Positions 16,054 through 30,379 of a stretch of 64,000 nucleotides of DNA are shown piece after piece. The DNA is from the human T2T-CHM13v2.0 reference genome, Homo sapiens. The notes under the pieces were generated by a model that was given only the letters and a program-made list of their open reading frames with translations, had not been told where the DNA came from and did no database searches. The DNA is taken from the NCBI RefSeq assembly GCF_009914755.1, contig NC_060938.1; one strand, written 5' to 3'. How positions within the stretch are numbered: position 1 is the first letter of the stretch; each line of letters starts with the position of its first letter. The position numbers were made by a program, and so were the translations under genes.

Positions 16054-16524
16054 AGACTGGGCATGGTGCCTCAAACCTGTAATATCAGCACTTTGGGAGG
16101 CTGAGGTGGGAGGATTGCTTGAGGCCAGGAGTTTCAGACCAGCACGAGCAACACAGTGAGACCCTGTCTCTACCAAAAAAAAAAAAAAAATTAAAAATTA
16201 GCTGGGTCTGGTGGTATCCACCTGTAGTCCCACAGACAGACAGTGTCCATTTCACGGTGGAGAGGCCTCTGAGGACTTCAGTAACTTGCTGGAGGCAAGC
16301 ACCGAAGAGAGGCAGGGGAGAAGCCAGCCTTCCAGGGAGTGAGATAACCTGCTCACTCTGAGGGGATTGGACCAACCTACCCCCAGAAACGTTCTGAGGA
16401 GGCTGAGGCAGGAGGATTGCTTGAGCCTAGGAGTTCCAGGCTACAGTGAACCATGATTGCACCACTGCACTCCAGTGTGGGTAAGAGAGCAAGACCCTGT
16501 TTTAAAAAAAAGGAATAAAAAAAA
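16054..16524 (+). mobile_element. AluJ inserted in a MIR and carrying a ~163 bp non-Alu insertion
   Basis: Alu arms are interrupted at 16233-16395. TSD acctactt. MIR halves at about 15890-16050 and 16526-16620. Confidence 0.88.
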
Positions 16525-18499
16525 GTACCTACTTTGTAGGCTTCTTGCAAGAGTTAAATGAGCTAGAGGATTCAAGCACTTAGAACAGAGTCTAGAGGAA
16601 AGTAAACAATCAGTAAGTGGTAGCTATATTTTATTATTACACCAGCTCTGCAGGAAGTTACCCATTTACAATCGTCTGCACACTCCCTCACATCTCAGGG
16701 GTAAGATTCTAGAGACGGATGCATCTTTTGTGTCCTCTATGTGCTGAACTGCTGAGCCCCAGCTCGGGTTAAGCGGCTTGCCCTAGGACATCAAACTTGG
16801 TCCTAGTGGAATTCGGATTAGCATCTTGTCTCTTTGTTCAGAAGGGTCCTTATTAAAGGGGCCTGGCCCTTCCTCTAGAAGATCCACATACCTCATTAGG
16901 GTTTAACTGCAGTCAGGCATTGGGGATATAAGCCCTTTCACTCGGTCACACCTTGGAATCTGTGGTCACTCCACTGGTCAGGTGACCTGCTGCTTTGAGG
17001 CCGCCTGAGCCCACCGGGTCCCTCAGGTTCTCTGAAACTGTGCCTCAAACCAGAGAAGCAGCGGGGAGAGAGATCAGTGGAGCCAGCCCTAGTGTCTACT
17101 TAATAAATGTGAGACTGACAGTCTCCAGTAAGACGAAGGATAAAGATGACATTCTAGATGCCCACAGTAAACCCTCTCAATGGAATAGCAACTTGCTGTG
17201 CTGATTCCCTGAGCTCAAGCCACAAAGACAGAGCATCATGGTGTGAGCAGCCCAGCCTAGCACTCTGGGAGCGACTTCTGTGATGGGCACTCTGCACTTG
17301 AACAGTAGAAATAAAATTTTTCTATGAGAAAATCCAGAGTTTGAAGCCCAAGAGTCATTTCAGACACCTTCTTCTCTTTTCCCTCAGCAGAACTCCACGA
17401 TGCGCATCAGTTAGGAGTTTTCTGGTTTCTTTTTTTCTTCCTTCCCTAACAAATAAGCAGCAGCAATAACAAGAGCTCAAAGTTACTGAGCTTCTTTTGT
17501 TTAATCCTCAGACCACCATAGTGTCTAACAGGTAGACACCGTGATCGCAATCTCCATTTCACAGAAGAGCAGTGAGGCCGGGGCAACATGATATTTGCCC
17601 AATTCACTCAGCTCATTAAGTGGTATAGGATTTAACGTGGGGAGATTAACCCCCGAGTCTTGGGGGCTACAGGCCATGCAGGGATATGCAGCACATAGCA
17701 GAAATCTTTGCTGAGTCAGGTTTGAGTAATTTTCAAGTTTTCTCTGTCAACTTTCTTAAATATAGCCTTTTCTCTATCTCTCAGCATCCCTCACCTGTGA
17801 TGTTGCAACATTCTAACTGGTCTTCCTTCTTCCCGTTTCTCCTTCCTCCAACCCAACTTCCTCATTGCTAAAAGGTTTTTTCAGCAGCCAATTTCCATCT
17901 TCCAAGCCTCGCTTAAAGCTTTCAGTGACTCGACATTCCACAACATAAAGGTCCTCTAAGCACCTCCTCAGCCCAGCTCCCACGACCCCCTTCCCAGTCT
18001 CATTTCCACGTACTCTCATACTTCTCAGTTCAAGCCATTCTGATCACTTTCAATGCCTCAAATCTGGAACTGATTAGTATAACATTCTTGTCACCACAAA
18101 CTTGTTAGCATTTTCCCATGGGCCACATGCCAGCCATTGGGATACCCTCCAACCATGGCCTACCCAATGAATCCCTCCCAGATATCGTGTTTCTGTTCCA
18201 GTGCATGGTGGTTCAGAGCCTGGGATATGTGGTCAGACTGCCTGGCAGTAAACCCTGGATCCTCCATTTCTAACCAGGTGAACTTAAGCCATCATTTCAG
18301 CTTCTGCTGCCTCATTTCCTCGTCTGTATGTGGGCACCAAAGATTATCCTCATAGAACAGCTGTGGGGACTGAAGGAGATAAATAACCACAAAATATTCT
18401 CTGAGCTCTATTTGCCTCACTAGGGCTCCATTTTTTGGACGTCTTTCAGATAGCTCTATTCCAAAAGATTGTAATTATTGGCTTACATGCCTCTTCCTC

Positions 18500-18729
18500 C
18501 AGTGCTTCTCAACCTATGAGCATGTTGAACTGGATAATTCTTTGTGGGAGGGGGGGTCTATGCTGTGCATTGTAGGATGTCTAGCAGCAACCCTGGCCTC
18601 TACCCACTAGATGTCTATAGCACCTCCCCAGCTGTAACAACCAAAAATGTCTCCGGACATTGCCAAATGCCCCCTAGAGGCAACCATCCCCTCCCCGGTG
18701 ACCCCACCCCATCCCATTAAGAACCACTG
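18500..18729. mobile_element. MER20 (hAT-Charlie) DNA transposon fossil
   Basis: Terminal inverted repeats cagtgcttctcaa...ttaagaaccactg. Internal ctggcctctacccactagatg and aaaaatgtctccggacattgccaaatg. Confidence 0.9.
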
Positions 18730-18917
18730 CTTGAAAATCTGAGCTCCCTGAATAATATAAAGAACAGTAGCAGCAATAGAAGCAGCAATAATAATCCTTT
18801 TGTGAGCATTTACCGTGTGCCAAGCACAGTTCAAAGCCTTTCTCATGAATTACTGCATTTAATCCTCTCAGCACCCTGAGGCCACATTCTATTGATGAAG
18901 AAACAAGAGGTGAGTAA

Positions 18918-19232
<315 letters not shown>

Positions 19233-20116
19233 GCGTCTTCTTCTTTCTCTCCCCAACACCTGGCATGTTACCTGATACATGCAGGAGTTCAGCAGCAATT
19301 CTGAGAACAAGTGGATGGATGGATAGATGAATGAATGACTAAATGAATGGATGAGAATGTCCCCTTCATAACAGCAACCCATCTTTCTTCACCTTTAGGG
19401 ATAGTGGCCCATTACTCTCCTCTGGAGTCCCACAGTACCCCATGAAGTGGTCTTACTTGTTGGAAAATCCCTCCCCACGATGGCTGTAAGAGCTACGGCT
19501 CTTCTAGGCTATCCAGGCATTTTGAGGGTATCATGCTTCTCTGGATACTCTATTTTGGTTATTAATAATATGAAGCACACATTCCAGCTTGGCTTTATGA
19601 GGGGTTCACTCAATCCAGCCAAGAGACATGATGAAATAAATACTTTCCATCTACTTTCTACTCTCCAGTCACTCCTTTCAGACTTGGGTGAGATACAATA
19701 GTACTATCTTTCCAACTTAAAACACAGCACACTGAAAACCCTTCCAGATGTGAAAACAGACTATTTTTAAATACTGTGTTTCTTGTGATCGCTACATACA
19801 GTGCTGCTCAGAGGCATAAAGTGTGAGAAAGCTCCCTGGTCTGTAAGAGTGGACACTTTCATCCTTGTGAAGGTATCAGTGAACTGAAGGGCAAAATGTA
19901 ATGATTTGGTGCAATGATTTGACACAGATTCAGCAGTTAAACCTGCTTAACTTATATTGTGAGAAAGACTGTAGATAAACACAAGGATGAATCTGTAAGT
20001 CATAGTAGATGGAGATCTAAAAGCATCCCAGGTCCAGGACTGATGCTCAATGTGCATAGGGAGAAGAAACAGAAATGCTTCCTGTTAGGCAGCCAGGAAC
20101 TCTAATGATTTACTTA

Positions 20117-20400
20117 CTGAGACAAGGTCTCACTCTGTTTCCCAGGCTGGAGTACTGTGGCACAATCATGGCTCACTGCAGCCTTGACTTCCCGGGCTCA
20201 GGTGATCCTCCCACCTCAGCCTCCCAAGTAGCTGGGACTTCAGGCGTGTGCCACCACACCCATCTAATTTTTGTAACTTTTTGTACAAAAGGGTTTTGCC
20301 ATGTTGTCCAGACTGGTCTCGAACTGCTGGGCTCAAGCAATCCATCCGCCTTGGCCCCCCAAGCTGCTGGGATTACCAGCATGAACCACCACACCTGGCC
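20117..20400 (-). mobile_element. AluJ
   Basis: Antisense Alu with J-type diagnostics. Confidence 0.9.
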
Positions 20401-20439
20401 ATCTAATGCTTTTTGACTGCTAAAATTCTGGAAAGTGTC

Positions 20440-21122
<683 letters not shown>

Positions 21123-21219
21123 GCATTCAACATAAAGCACAAGTTTAAAAGAGACTGGAGCTTATTATAAACCAAGATCTACTTAAAGGGCCTGTAGACT
21201 ATTTGGATGAGAGAGTGTA

Positions 21220-21410
21220 CAGTCAGTCCAACCTTGCGCTGACTACCAGCTCTACCACTTTGGTGGTTGGAAAGTTACTCACCTCTTTAAGGAAACTGAT
21301 GTTTCCTCCCCTGTAAAATGGGAATCATGATATGAACTTAGAGTGTTGTTGATAAGATTAAATGAGATAATGGGTATATGATGCCCAGCTCATAACAGAT
21401 GCCTAATAAA
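21220..21410 (+). mobile_element. MIR
   Basis: ctgtaaaatgggaatc...gttgttgataagattaaatgagataatg. Confidence 0.7.
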
Positions 21411-22114
21411 GAGCAGCTTTTTAAATTGTTATAAAATTATCTTAAATGCACACACGTGTGTATGTGCAAACACATTCACACAAACGCACACATACACACA
21501 CATATCTCATTTCACAGAGAAATCTTTGAGGTCAAAACAGGACACCAGTCTTAATGGCAGCATCAGAATAAGGACCTCCACGCTCTCTGACCCTGTCCTT
21601 CATTCAGGTCTCTGAGCTCTCTCATAAAGATGAGGGTTAAAGAATGGGCAATACGGAAATGCTGAATTAATCAACAAATGCATGGATAAGCTCAGATAGC
21701 TTGTGACATCACCAGTGTTCTACAATTTGCTTTGATATCTTGCTCTAAAAACATTTATCTAATGGGCAATAATTAGAGGCAAAGCAAAGCATAGGTCACA
21801 TGTGGAGGAAAAGGTAACACAGTGCATTCCTTTTCTTCAAGATCTTACTGCCTAATGAAGGAAAATTCAAACACAATACTAGATTCACTTCAGAACGCCT
21901 ATCAGGTTATTATGACGTGTCTTACAACTAATTAAAAAGGATCCTACCTCATATCACAACAATGTGTATAAATGTAATTATACTCCTACTTAAAACTACT
22001 CCAGAATTGTTTATTCCATTCTCTATAGCATGCTAGGCCTTAAATCTGGCACTGATTAGTACAAAAATCTCATCACCACAAATGTGGTAGCATTTTCCCA
22101 TGAAAGAAGAAAAG

Positions 22115-22427
22115 GGATGGGCGTGGTGACTCACACCTGTAATCCCAGCACTTTAGGAGGCCAAGGCGGGTTGATTGCTTGAGCCTAGGAATTCAAGACC
22201 AGCCTGGGCAACATGGTGAAAACCTGTCTCTACAAAAAAATGCAAAAAGTAGCCAGGCATGGTGGCACATGCCTGTAGTCACAGCTACTCAGGAGACTGA
22301 GGCAGAAGGATCAGCTGATACCTCGATCAGGAAGTTGAACCTACAATGAGCCATGATCACACCACTGCACTCCAGCCTAAGTGACAGAATGAGACCCTGT
22401 CTCAAAAAAGAAAAAGAAAAAAAAAAA
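22115..22427 (+). mobile_element. AluJ
   Basis: Dimeric Alu with A-tail. Confidence 0.9.
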
Positions 22428-23844
22428 GACAAAGCCATTTGGAGAACTGACTTCCTATGAAACACTTATATGAAATGCTGCCCTTGGATTTTTAACATTT
22501 TATTTTTTTGAGAAGAATTATAGGGCATAGCTATGAAATCATATTTACTCCCAGGAAGGGAAGAATTTGTATTTCTATTTATTTAAGAGTCAAGTCATTA
22601 TTAAAACTAACTGACAAGAATATGATTGCTATGAAGGTGCCAGATCATAAGCAGCATCAGAATTCCCCTACTCTATTGGTATGGTAAGAAATAAATAAAT
22701 AAGAAAACAGCGCAGACTGGTAAATCCTACACTATCTTGGATTGTTGCAGCCATTAGAATTTAATGTGCATCTTCCAGAGCCAGAAGGAATTGTAAAAGC
22801 TGTCTTTTCCATCCCTCCACCTTCCAAACTTTAGAGCCCCCAGAAAGATGAGACTCTCCCTCACCTCCATAAATGTCACCGCCTTCCACCAAAACCCACT
22901 CTTTGTAGTTCAGGAGGGTGTCTGGGATAGAAAGTGGAACTTCAGCCTCAGAGGCAGCCTTCCTCCTTCACGTCCAAGGTGAAGCCCTCCAACAGGGCTC
23001 TCCACCATTTCCCTTTCTTCCTCGTGGGAACTGCTTTTCTCTCTGGCTTCCCAGACTTCACAACCCTCCTGATCCAGTCCCTCGCACCGCAGCCCCACAG
23101 ATGACTCTCTGGCTTTCCTATAGCTCCTTACCGCCACAGTCCACCCCTGCCAAGTCCACATCTGTCGCCCAGAAGTGTTGCCTTGCTTCTTTAGGCTGCA
23201 GTTCAAGTTCTCTGCTTCCATTTTCCTAAGAATCTTTTTTCCTTAATATCCAGGGTATGTAAAGGCCTTAGTACAGTGCCTGATACACAGTAAGTATTCA
23301 AAAACAGCAAACCTGATGATTACTACTACTGTGATCCATATTATTTCATCCCCATAAATCCACTATAACAGCTGTCTCAGGCCACTGACAGCCTCTTCAC
23401 CCACATACCTGGTGGCCTCTTCTCTACCTCATCCTCATGGACCTTGGACAGGTTAATATATCCCTGCTTATTCTAAATCTGCATATTTAAAATTCTTTCC
23501 TTCTTCGGGTTCTATCCCAGCATTCCACAGAGTTCAGAATCAAGGAGTTAATCAGCACACATAGGTGGACTTGAACTTGAAAATCCAAAGTCCATTGGCC
23601 TGCTGCCGCCTCTGACCACTCATCCAAAACCAGATGCAGAACATGGACCCTCCTTCCCCCACACTGTCACATGCCTCACTATCGCTTCTTGGAGGTCTCA
23701 GCTCACATGTCACCTCCCTGGAGAGAACTTCCCTGACCACCAAGAGCCTCTCAACTGAAGGCAAGACTAGAGACCCAGAAAGATAAAACCAACACTGCCA
23801 TCCACCCCACCAGCTGGCCTAAGATGGACTCACTCCCTGCTCAC

Positions 23845-24194
23845 CTGGATCAACGTCTCCAGCTCCTGGGGGCTCACACAGACATGATCCCGCAGGAATT
23901 CCGCCTTCTCCAAGGCGATGGTATTCTTCTGGCTGCTCTCAAAGGGCTGCTCCAATGCCCGGAAGACAAGACCGCCAGTGACAAGGTAGACCACCACAAC
24001 CACAAAGATGGCAACCACCGTCTTCCACTTCATGACGGTCTGCAAGCCCCCTTGGGAGGTGCCTTCCATCCTGGCTACCACTGTGGCTCGGGAGGAAATG
24101 GACAGGCGCGGAGTTGGAGTCGGAGCCGGAGCCGGGGGTTGCCCGTTAGTGGCGCTCTTGGGCTGGCACACCGGTGCTGCTGCGGGAACGGCCA
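23845..24194 (-). CDS. KCNK10: KCNK10 exon 2 (350 nt): proline-rich N-terminus, M1 helix, cap helices with Cys123
   Basis: Pyrimidine tract and ctcag| acceptor, then (V)[12 protein letters not shown]...[32 protein letters not shown]...[15 protein letters not shown], then |gtgagc donor. Contained in ORF 23830..24327. Confidence 0.98.
24031..24069 (-). promoter_or_regulatory. KCNK10: Internal alternative translation initiation codons Met60 (24067-24069) and Met72 (24031-24033), equal to M55/M67 in TREK-2a numbering
   Basis: gccAggATGG (strong Kozak) and accGtcATGA, both in frame. Alternative initiation at these methionines is established for TREK-2. Confidence 0.8.
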
Positions 24195-25796
24195 CTGAGG
24201 AGTCAGGGTGGGGGACAAAGAAGAAGAGATTTTGTTTATAAATAAATACAAAACGTGTCAGAAACAAAGCACAGATGTCTTCTTTGAGCCAGCTTTCAAA
24301 TGTGAGGATGAAACGCTGGTTCACCAAGCCTGCAGTTAGGGAATTTGATCAGTTGCTAGGTACCCATTTGAGTTCTAAAAAATAAGCACCAGGGGTCCCA
24401 GTTTAAAAAAAAAAAAAGTATAAACTGAGTTTGAAATACTTACATTTTTCTACGAGGGTCCAAATTGAAAGCTATCTCTCTGCCATTTATAATTCACCTC
24501 CTCCCTTAGCTTCCTTGTTGAAACAATGTGTAAGGAATACAACAAATCATCAGATTTAAAAACAAACATGTTGTTGAACTTGGAGAGGAAGTAAATAGGA
24601 GAGGGATAACCAACTACTCTATCCAAGCACCAAGGGCTGGTGATACCAACAGCAGAGAAGAGATGAATGTCTAGAGACTTAAAAAGTCCTCTTGTCACAA
24701 AACAAAGGAAAAAAGGATGAGCTTGTTATATCTTAATAGAAGATGTGACTTAGGCATAACCACTCCTGATCTACTAGTAATAGAATTTTTCTTCTATTGT
24801 TTTCCAATAAGACGTCATTGGAAAAAAACTGTTTCCTGGTTTTCGAAGCACATAGAATTCTCTAAGGTCCCTGTTCTCTGTAGGGCAATTTCATTACTTT
24901 GGAAATAAATAGGTTCAGCTGGAGGCTTTTCTGCGATGGCAGGAAGTTTGGGGTTATGACGCACACGCAATGCTATCATGCATCACAGAAATGTCTTGTG
25001 CAACAACGAACAGCCACTGCACTTCAGTTTTGTTCTCCCTTTATTATTCCAACTCTTATTATAGTCTCTGTCATGGTGCAGGCTGGCTGTTGTGTGAAGA
25101 AGGTATTAGTAGATGATAAACCTAATTACCTAAGTGGGGTAAACAGTCCCACTCCAGCAGGGAGTTAAACTGCTCAATCACTGTTGGAAAAGTCAAAGAG
25201 CAGGCTATGTCACTGCCTGTTCAAAACACCTGGCTGTAGAGGTGATGGCTTAGAAGAATCTAAGTTTGTAAACATCTGCCTCTCCTCCTAGGCCCTCGGA
25301 ATCAGTTTCTGTCTTTGGAAACCGAGCTGAACGTCAGTCTTTTATGGCATATTATCCAATCCAATAAAATCACTCCATGTTAAATTTCCCTCAGATTTAC
25401 ACAAACGCAAAATTGTCTGGAATCTTGATTGAAAGATCTATATGTTAGAATCAGCAACCTGGGCATTATGTTCTTGCTAACCTTTCCCTAAAGACGCTGC
25501 ATTCACTTTCCCCCTTGCTCCTGTTGATGCCGAGAAGGTGAGCCTTGCCTAAGGTGGCTTTCTTTTACCACTGCCCACATCTCCCATTCATTCTGCCTCA
25601 TCACTGTATTTCATCCCTTGGGCCTTTCCCTACCCCTGTGGCCAGCAGCCTCATCCAGGCCACTGTCACATCTTGCCTGGACCAGCCCAGCAGCCTCCCA
25701 AGGGGCCTCCCTGCTTCCATGTGTATCCTGCTTCTGAGCCAGAAATCTCATATTAAATATCACTTCTGGGAGCACCTTCTCCCCTCCTGCCTTGGG

Positions 25797-26253
25797 GGCA
25801 GGTAGAATAATGGCCCACAAAGAGGTCCACATCCTAATCCCCAAGACATATATGAATGTTATCTTACATGGCAAAAGGGACTTTGCAGATGTGATTAAGA
25901 ATGTTGAGATGGGGGATGATCTTGGATTATATGGTTGGGCTCAATATAATGACAAGAGTTCTTATAAGAAGGAAGCAGGAGGGCCAGAGAGAGAAGGGAT
26001 GTGAGGACAGATACACAGGTTGGAGTGATGCAGCCATGAGCCCAGGAATGTGGTCCCTCTAGAAGCTGGAAAAGGCAAGGGAAGGATCCTCCCCTAGAGC
26101 CTCCCGAAGGAACCTGTACTGCTTACTCTTTGATTTTGGCCAAGTGAGGCTGATTTTGAACTTCTGACTTCCAGAACCATACAATAATAAATTAGTGCTG
26201 CTTTAAGCCACTACATGTGTGGCAATTTGCTACGGAAGCCCCAGGAAATGAAT
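25797..26253 (+). mobile_element. MLT1D-like MaLR LTR, inserted into an L2
   Basis: gaataatggcccacaaagaggtccacatcctaatcccc...ggcaaaagggactttgcagatgtgattaag...gctttaagccactacatgtgtggcaatttg. Confidence 0.85.
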
Positions 26254-26278
26254 CTGCCCTCCATTAGTTCAGGTTTCC

Positions 26279-26642
26279 TGATATGGTTTGGCTGTGTCCC
26301 CACCCAAATCTCACCTTAAATTGTATTCCCATAATCCTTACATCTTGGGGGAGTGACCCCGTGGGAGGTAATTGAAGCATGGGGGCAGGTTTTTCCCCAT
26401 GCTGTTCTCGTGATAGTGAATAAGTCTCACAAGATCTGATGGTTTTATAAAGGTGGGTTCCCTTGCACATGCTCTCTTTCCTGCTGCCATGTAAGATGTG
26501 ACTTTGCTCCTCATTTACCCTCCACCATGATTGTGAGGCCTCCCTAGCCATATGGAACTGTGAGTCCATTAAACTTCTTTCCTTTATAACTTACCCAGTC
26601 TTGGGTATGTCTTTATTAGCAGCAGGAAAACAGACTAATACA
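26279..26642 (+). mobile_element. THE1 solo LTR
   Basis: tgatatggtttggctgtgtccccacccaaatctcacc...cagactaataca. Confidence 0.92.
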
Positions 26643-27221
26643 TCTCCCTTGCCCAGCACTCACTGTGCTGTGCTGCTGATACAGCCTGTGCCCTTGTCCA
26701 GCACTCCCATTAGATTGAAAGCTCCATGAGGGCAGGCACCCTGTCTACCCCTCACCTCTGCACCCCTAGTGTTCTGCACAGTACCTGGCACATGGTGGGT
26801 AGACAATCAATGATGGTGGAATAAGTGAATAAAGGGTGGAAGGAATGCTGGCACATCCAAACCACACAGACAACGTGGATGAGCAGCGTCAAATGGCAAA
26901 CAGTTTGGCACTCCAGCAATACTGAAAGCAGGTCCTCAAACACAGCAGTGCTCTGTTCACACCTTCACACCTTTGCAGGTGTTGTCCTCTCAGCCAGTAA
27001 CCCCTTCCCCACCCTCATCTGCCTGGAAAACTCCCATCCTCTTTAGTCTCAGCCAAAAGCTACCTCCTCTATGAAGTCGTCCTGGGCTCTTCCAGGCAGG
27101 CCCAGCGTGCTGATCTTCCCCACTAGCCTATCAACTTCTTGGAGTCAGAAAGTTCATCTTTTAATCATTGGATCTCAATTTCTTGGCATAGTGCCTGGCA
27201 TAGAGCAAATGTTGTTTTCCA

Positions 27222-27243
27222 GTGGTGGTGGTGGTGGTGGTGA
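27222..27243 (+). repeat. (GGT)n microsatellite
   Basis: gtggtggtggtggtggtggtga. Confidence 0.8.
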
Positions 27244-27915
27244 TAATTCCTTCACACAAAAGCCCCATCGGAATCACCAGCACTCTCAAAAACAAACATT
27301 TATTTAATGCTGAATGGGCACAAAGGGGTGTGGTATGGTGGGGATAAGGCACAGTCCCTCCCAGCCTCAGGGGCTTGCCAGTCAGCTTAAGGAACATGTT
27401 CCACAGCACCAGGTAACCAACATTAGCTTAAAGCCTCATCAGCTGACATGCAATAAATAGCATGAGCATGGAGGTGAGTGGAGGCTGGACTCCGTCACTG
27501 ACCTGCATCATGGATGCTTCCCAAGCTTCTAGCATCCCTGAGGCTGGGCAGAATTGGGCTTGAGAAACGTCTCTTCAGGCCAGGTCCTGGTGCCAGTTTG
27601 CGAAGAGACTGTCCATTAGGGCAGAGTTTGAACAGAATCCACCCATGCCTGAGCTTCCAAAGCACCAGAGCAAAAACCAGAGTTTCAGTCCCAAATCCAT
27701 CAGTGACAGCATGACCTCGAAACTGTCACTTAGTTTCTCTGTTTGCTTACTGTGAAATGTGAATAATAGCAGCCATCTTTTTTTCTAAACGTCCACAGGG
27801 TTCTCAGGAACAGCAAATGAGCAGCCCTGGTCTACTGGCTGGAGTATATTTGTAGTTGTCAGGAGTACCGGCACAGATCTCAGAATGTTACAAAACCTTT
27901 TGTGCATTTCACTAA

Positions 27916-28314
<399 letters not shown>

Positions 28315-28605
28315 AAGTTGGATAAATTTTTAAATGGCATTTTCATTAATCCATTTATTCTCCTTAGAAGCCACAGTTGTTCTCACCCTAATACAGTTGC
28401 CTCATGACCTGGAATCAACCACTGGAGTTCTCGTGCCTGGAACCAACAAAGAAGCAAACTTGGCCAGATGGTGATGAGGATGGTGGTGCTGATGGTGGTG
28501 AAGGTGACAGGAGCCCTGATGGCCTACTGGGCACTTACTCATGCTGTCACTCTGACAAACACTCTGCTTACATCACTACATTCGGTCCTCACTACAAGGA
28601 ATTAT

Positions 28606-29050
28606 CACACTGCATGAGTCCAGGTAGGACCCCCAGAAGCAGATGCCAAGAAGGGATTAAATGTGCATGGATTTTATTAGGGGGAACGCATGTGTGAGAG
28701 AAAATGATAGGGAGTTGGGGAGGCTAGAACAGCCACTAGACTCTAAGTAAGTCTGACCCCTGGAAAAGGAAGGAAAGAAGGAAGGAGGAGGTAAGCATCT
28801 TCCAGCCTAAGGAAGTTTAGCAAGCCCATCAAGGAGTTCTTGAGCTGAAGTTAGCTGTCTGAGGAGTCCTGTGTCTCCCAGAAACAATCCTGCCGTGGTA
28901 TCCTTGCTGCGCACAGACACTGGCTGGGAGCAGCCCGGGAGCAACGTACCCGCAGTGCAAGCCCAGCTGTGGAGATCAGGGCAGCAGCCAGGGCCCTGAT
29001 CACCAACACCCCCTCCAGTTAGAGGCCTGTAGGCGCATGCTCATGCCCAA
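28606..29050. mobile_element. ERVL-type LTR (LTR16-like)
   Basis: ccccagaagcagatgccaagaagggattaaatgtgcatggattttattagggg...gaggagtcctgtgtctccca. Confidence 0.55.
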
Positions 29051-29509
29051 CACAGCCCCACTTCACAGACAAAGAAACTGAGACCCAGACAGGTTCAATG
29101 GCTAAGTCAAGGTTAAGCGGCCCAAAAGCGAGAAGCCAGATTAAAAAGGGAATCATCTGACTTCAAAGTCAGTTCTGCAGAGTGTAGGAACAGGAAAAGA
29201 GGAAACATAGCAATTCCAGGGGGAAAGGGCCCTTTTATCCCAAAAAATAGGAACGACATTTGTTTCAAATAGGCATTAAAAATATTTTCCAGTCTATGAG
29301 ATTGACTACTTCAGTTTCCAAACAGCAGTGGAGTTCTTCCCTACAAAACGTATCAATAATGAATGGATCTATAAAGTAATGGCCTATCACACTTCACAGC
29401 TCCAACAGAAGAGTACTGGGCAGCAAAAGTGCTGCCAAGAATTGATGAGAAAGGAAATGTTGAAAGGTAATATCCTTTCTGCTAGTTTTCATTTTAAAAT
29501 GTTTCCTCA

Positions 29510-29805
<296 letters not shown>

Positions 29806-30074
29806 TCATTTTCACCTAAATGTGGGTGATATGGAGGGGTACATGTGGAAATCTGCTTTTTCATGGTTGAACAAGCTCTTAATAAGTTGACATTATTCAG
29901 GCTTTCTCAAGCCCCACAGATATTACTGCACCATCCATTCATTCGTTCAATCAACAAACAACTGAGTTTGCCTGGCACTGCATTTGGCACTGGAGCTACA
30001 TAAATTAATAAGACGCATCCCGCCTTCAGAGTTAATGGAAGAATTAACAAAGATCTTACACGTGCATGAAGCTG

Positions 30075-30379
30075 TTTTTGTTTTGCTTTGTTTTGGTTGA
30101 GACAGGATCTTGCTCTGTCACTCAGGCTGAAGTGCAGTGGCACAATTATAGCTCACTGTAACCTCGAATTCCTGGCTTGAGCTATCCTCCCACCCCAGCC
30201 TCCCCAGTAGCTAGGACCACAGATATATGCCACCATGCCCAACTAATTTTTTAATATTTTGTAGCGATGGGGTCTCACTACATTGTCCAGGCTGGTCTCA
30301 AACTCCTGTCCTCAAGCGACCTGCCAGCATCGACCTCCTAAAGTGCTGGGATTACAAGTATGAGCCACTGCACCCAGCC
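30075..30379 (-). mobile_element. AluJ
   Basis: Antisense Alu with degenerate T-tail. Confidence 0.88.

Noticed and set aside
23824-24241. Plus-strand ORFs of 124 aa and 77 aa over exon 2
   Set aside because: Antisense shadows of a GC-rich coding exon, with no independent support.
24195-24327. N-terminal extension MVNQRF...PHPDSS of ORF 23830..24327
   Set aside because: It is intronic polypyrimidine tract upstream of the AG acceptor at 24195-24196.
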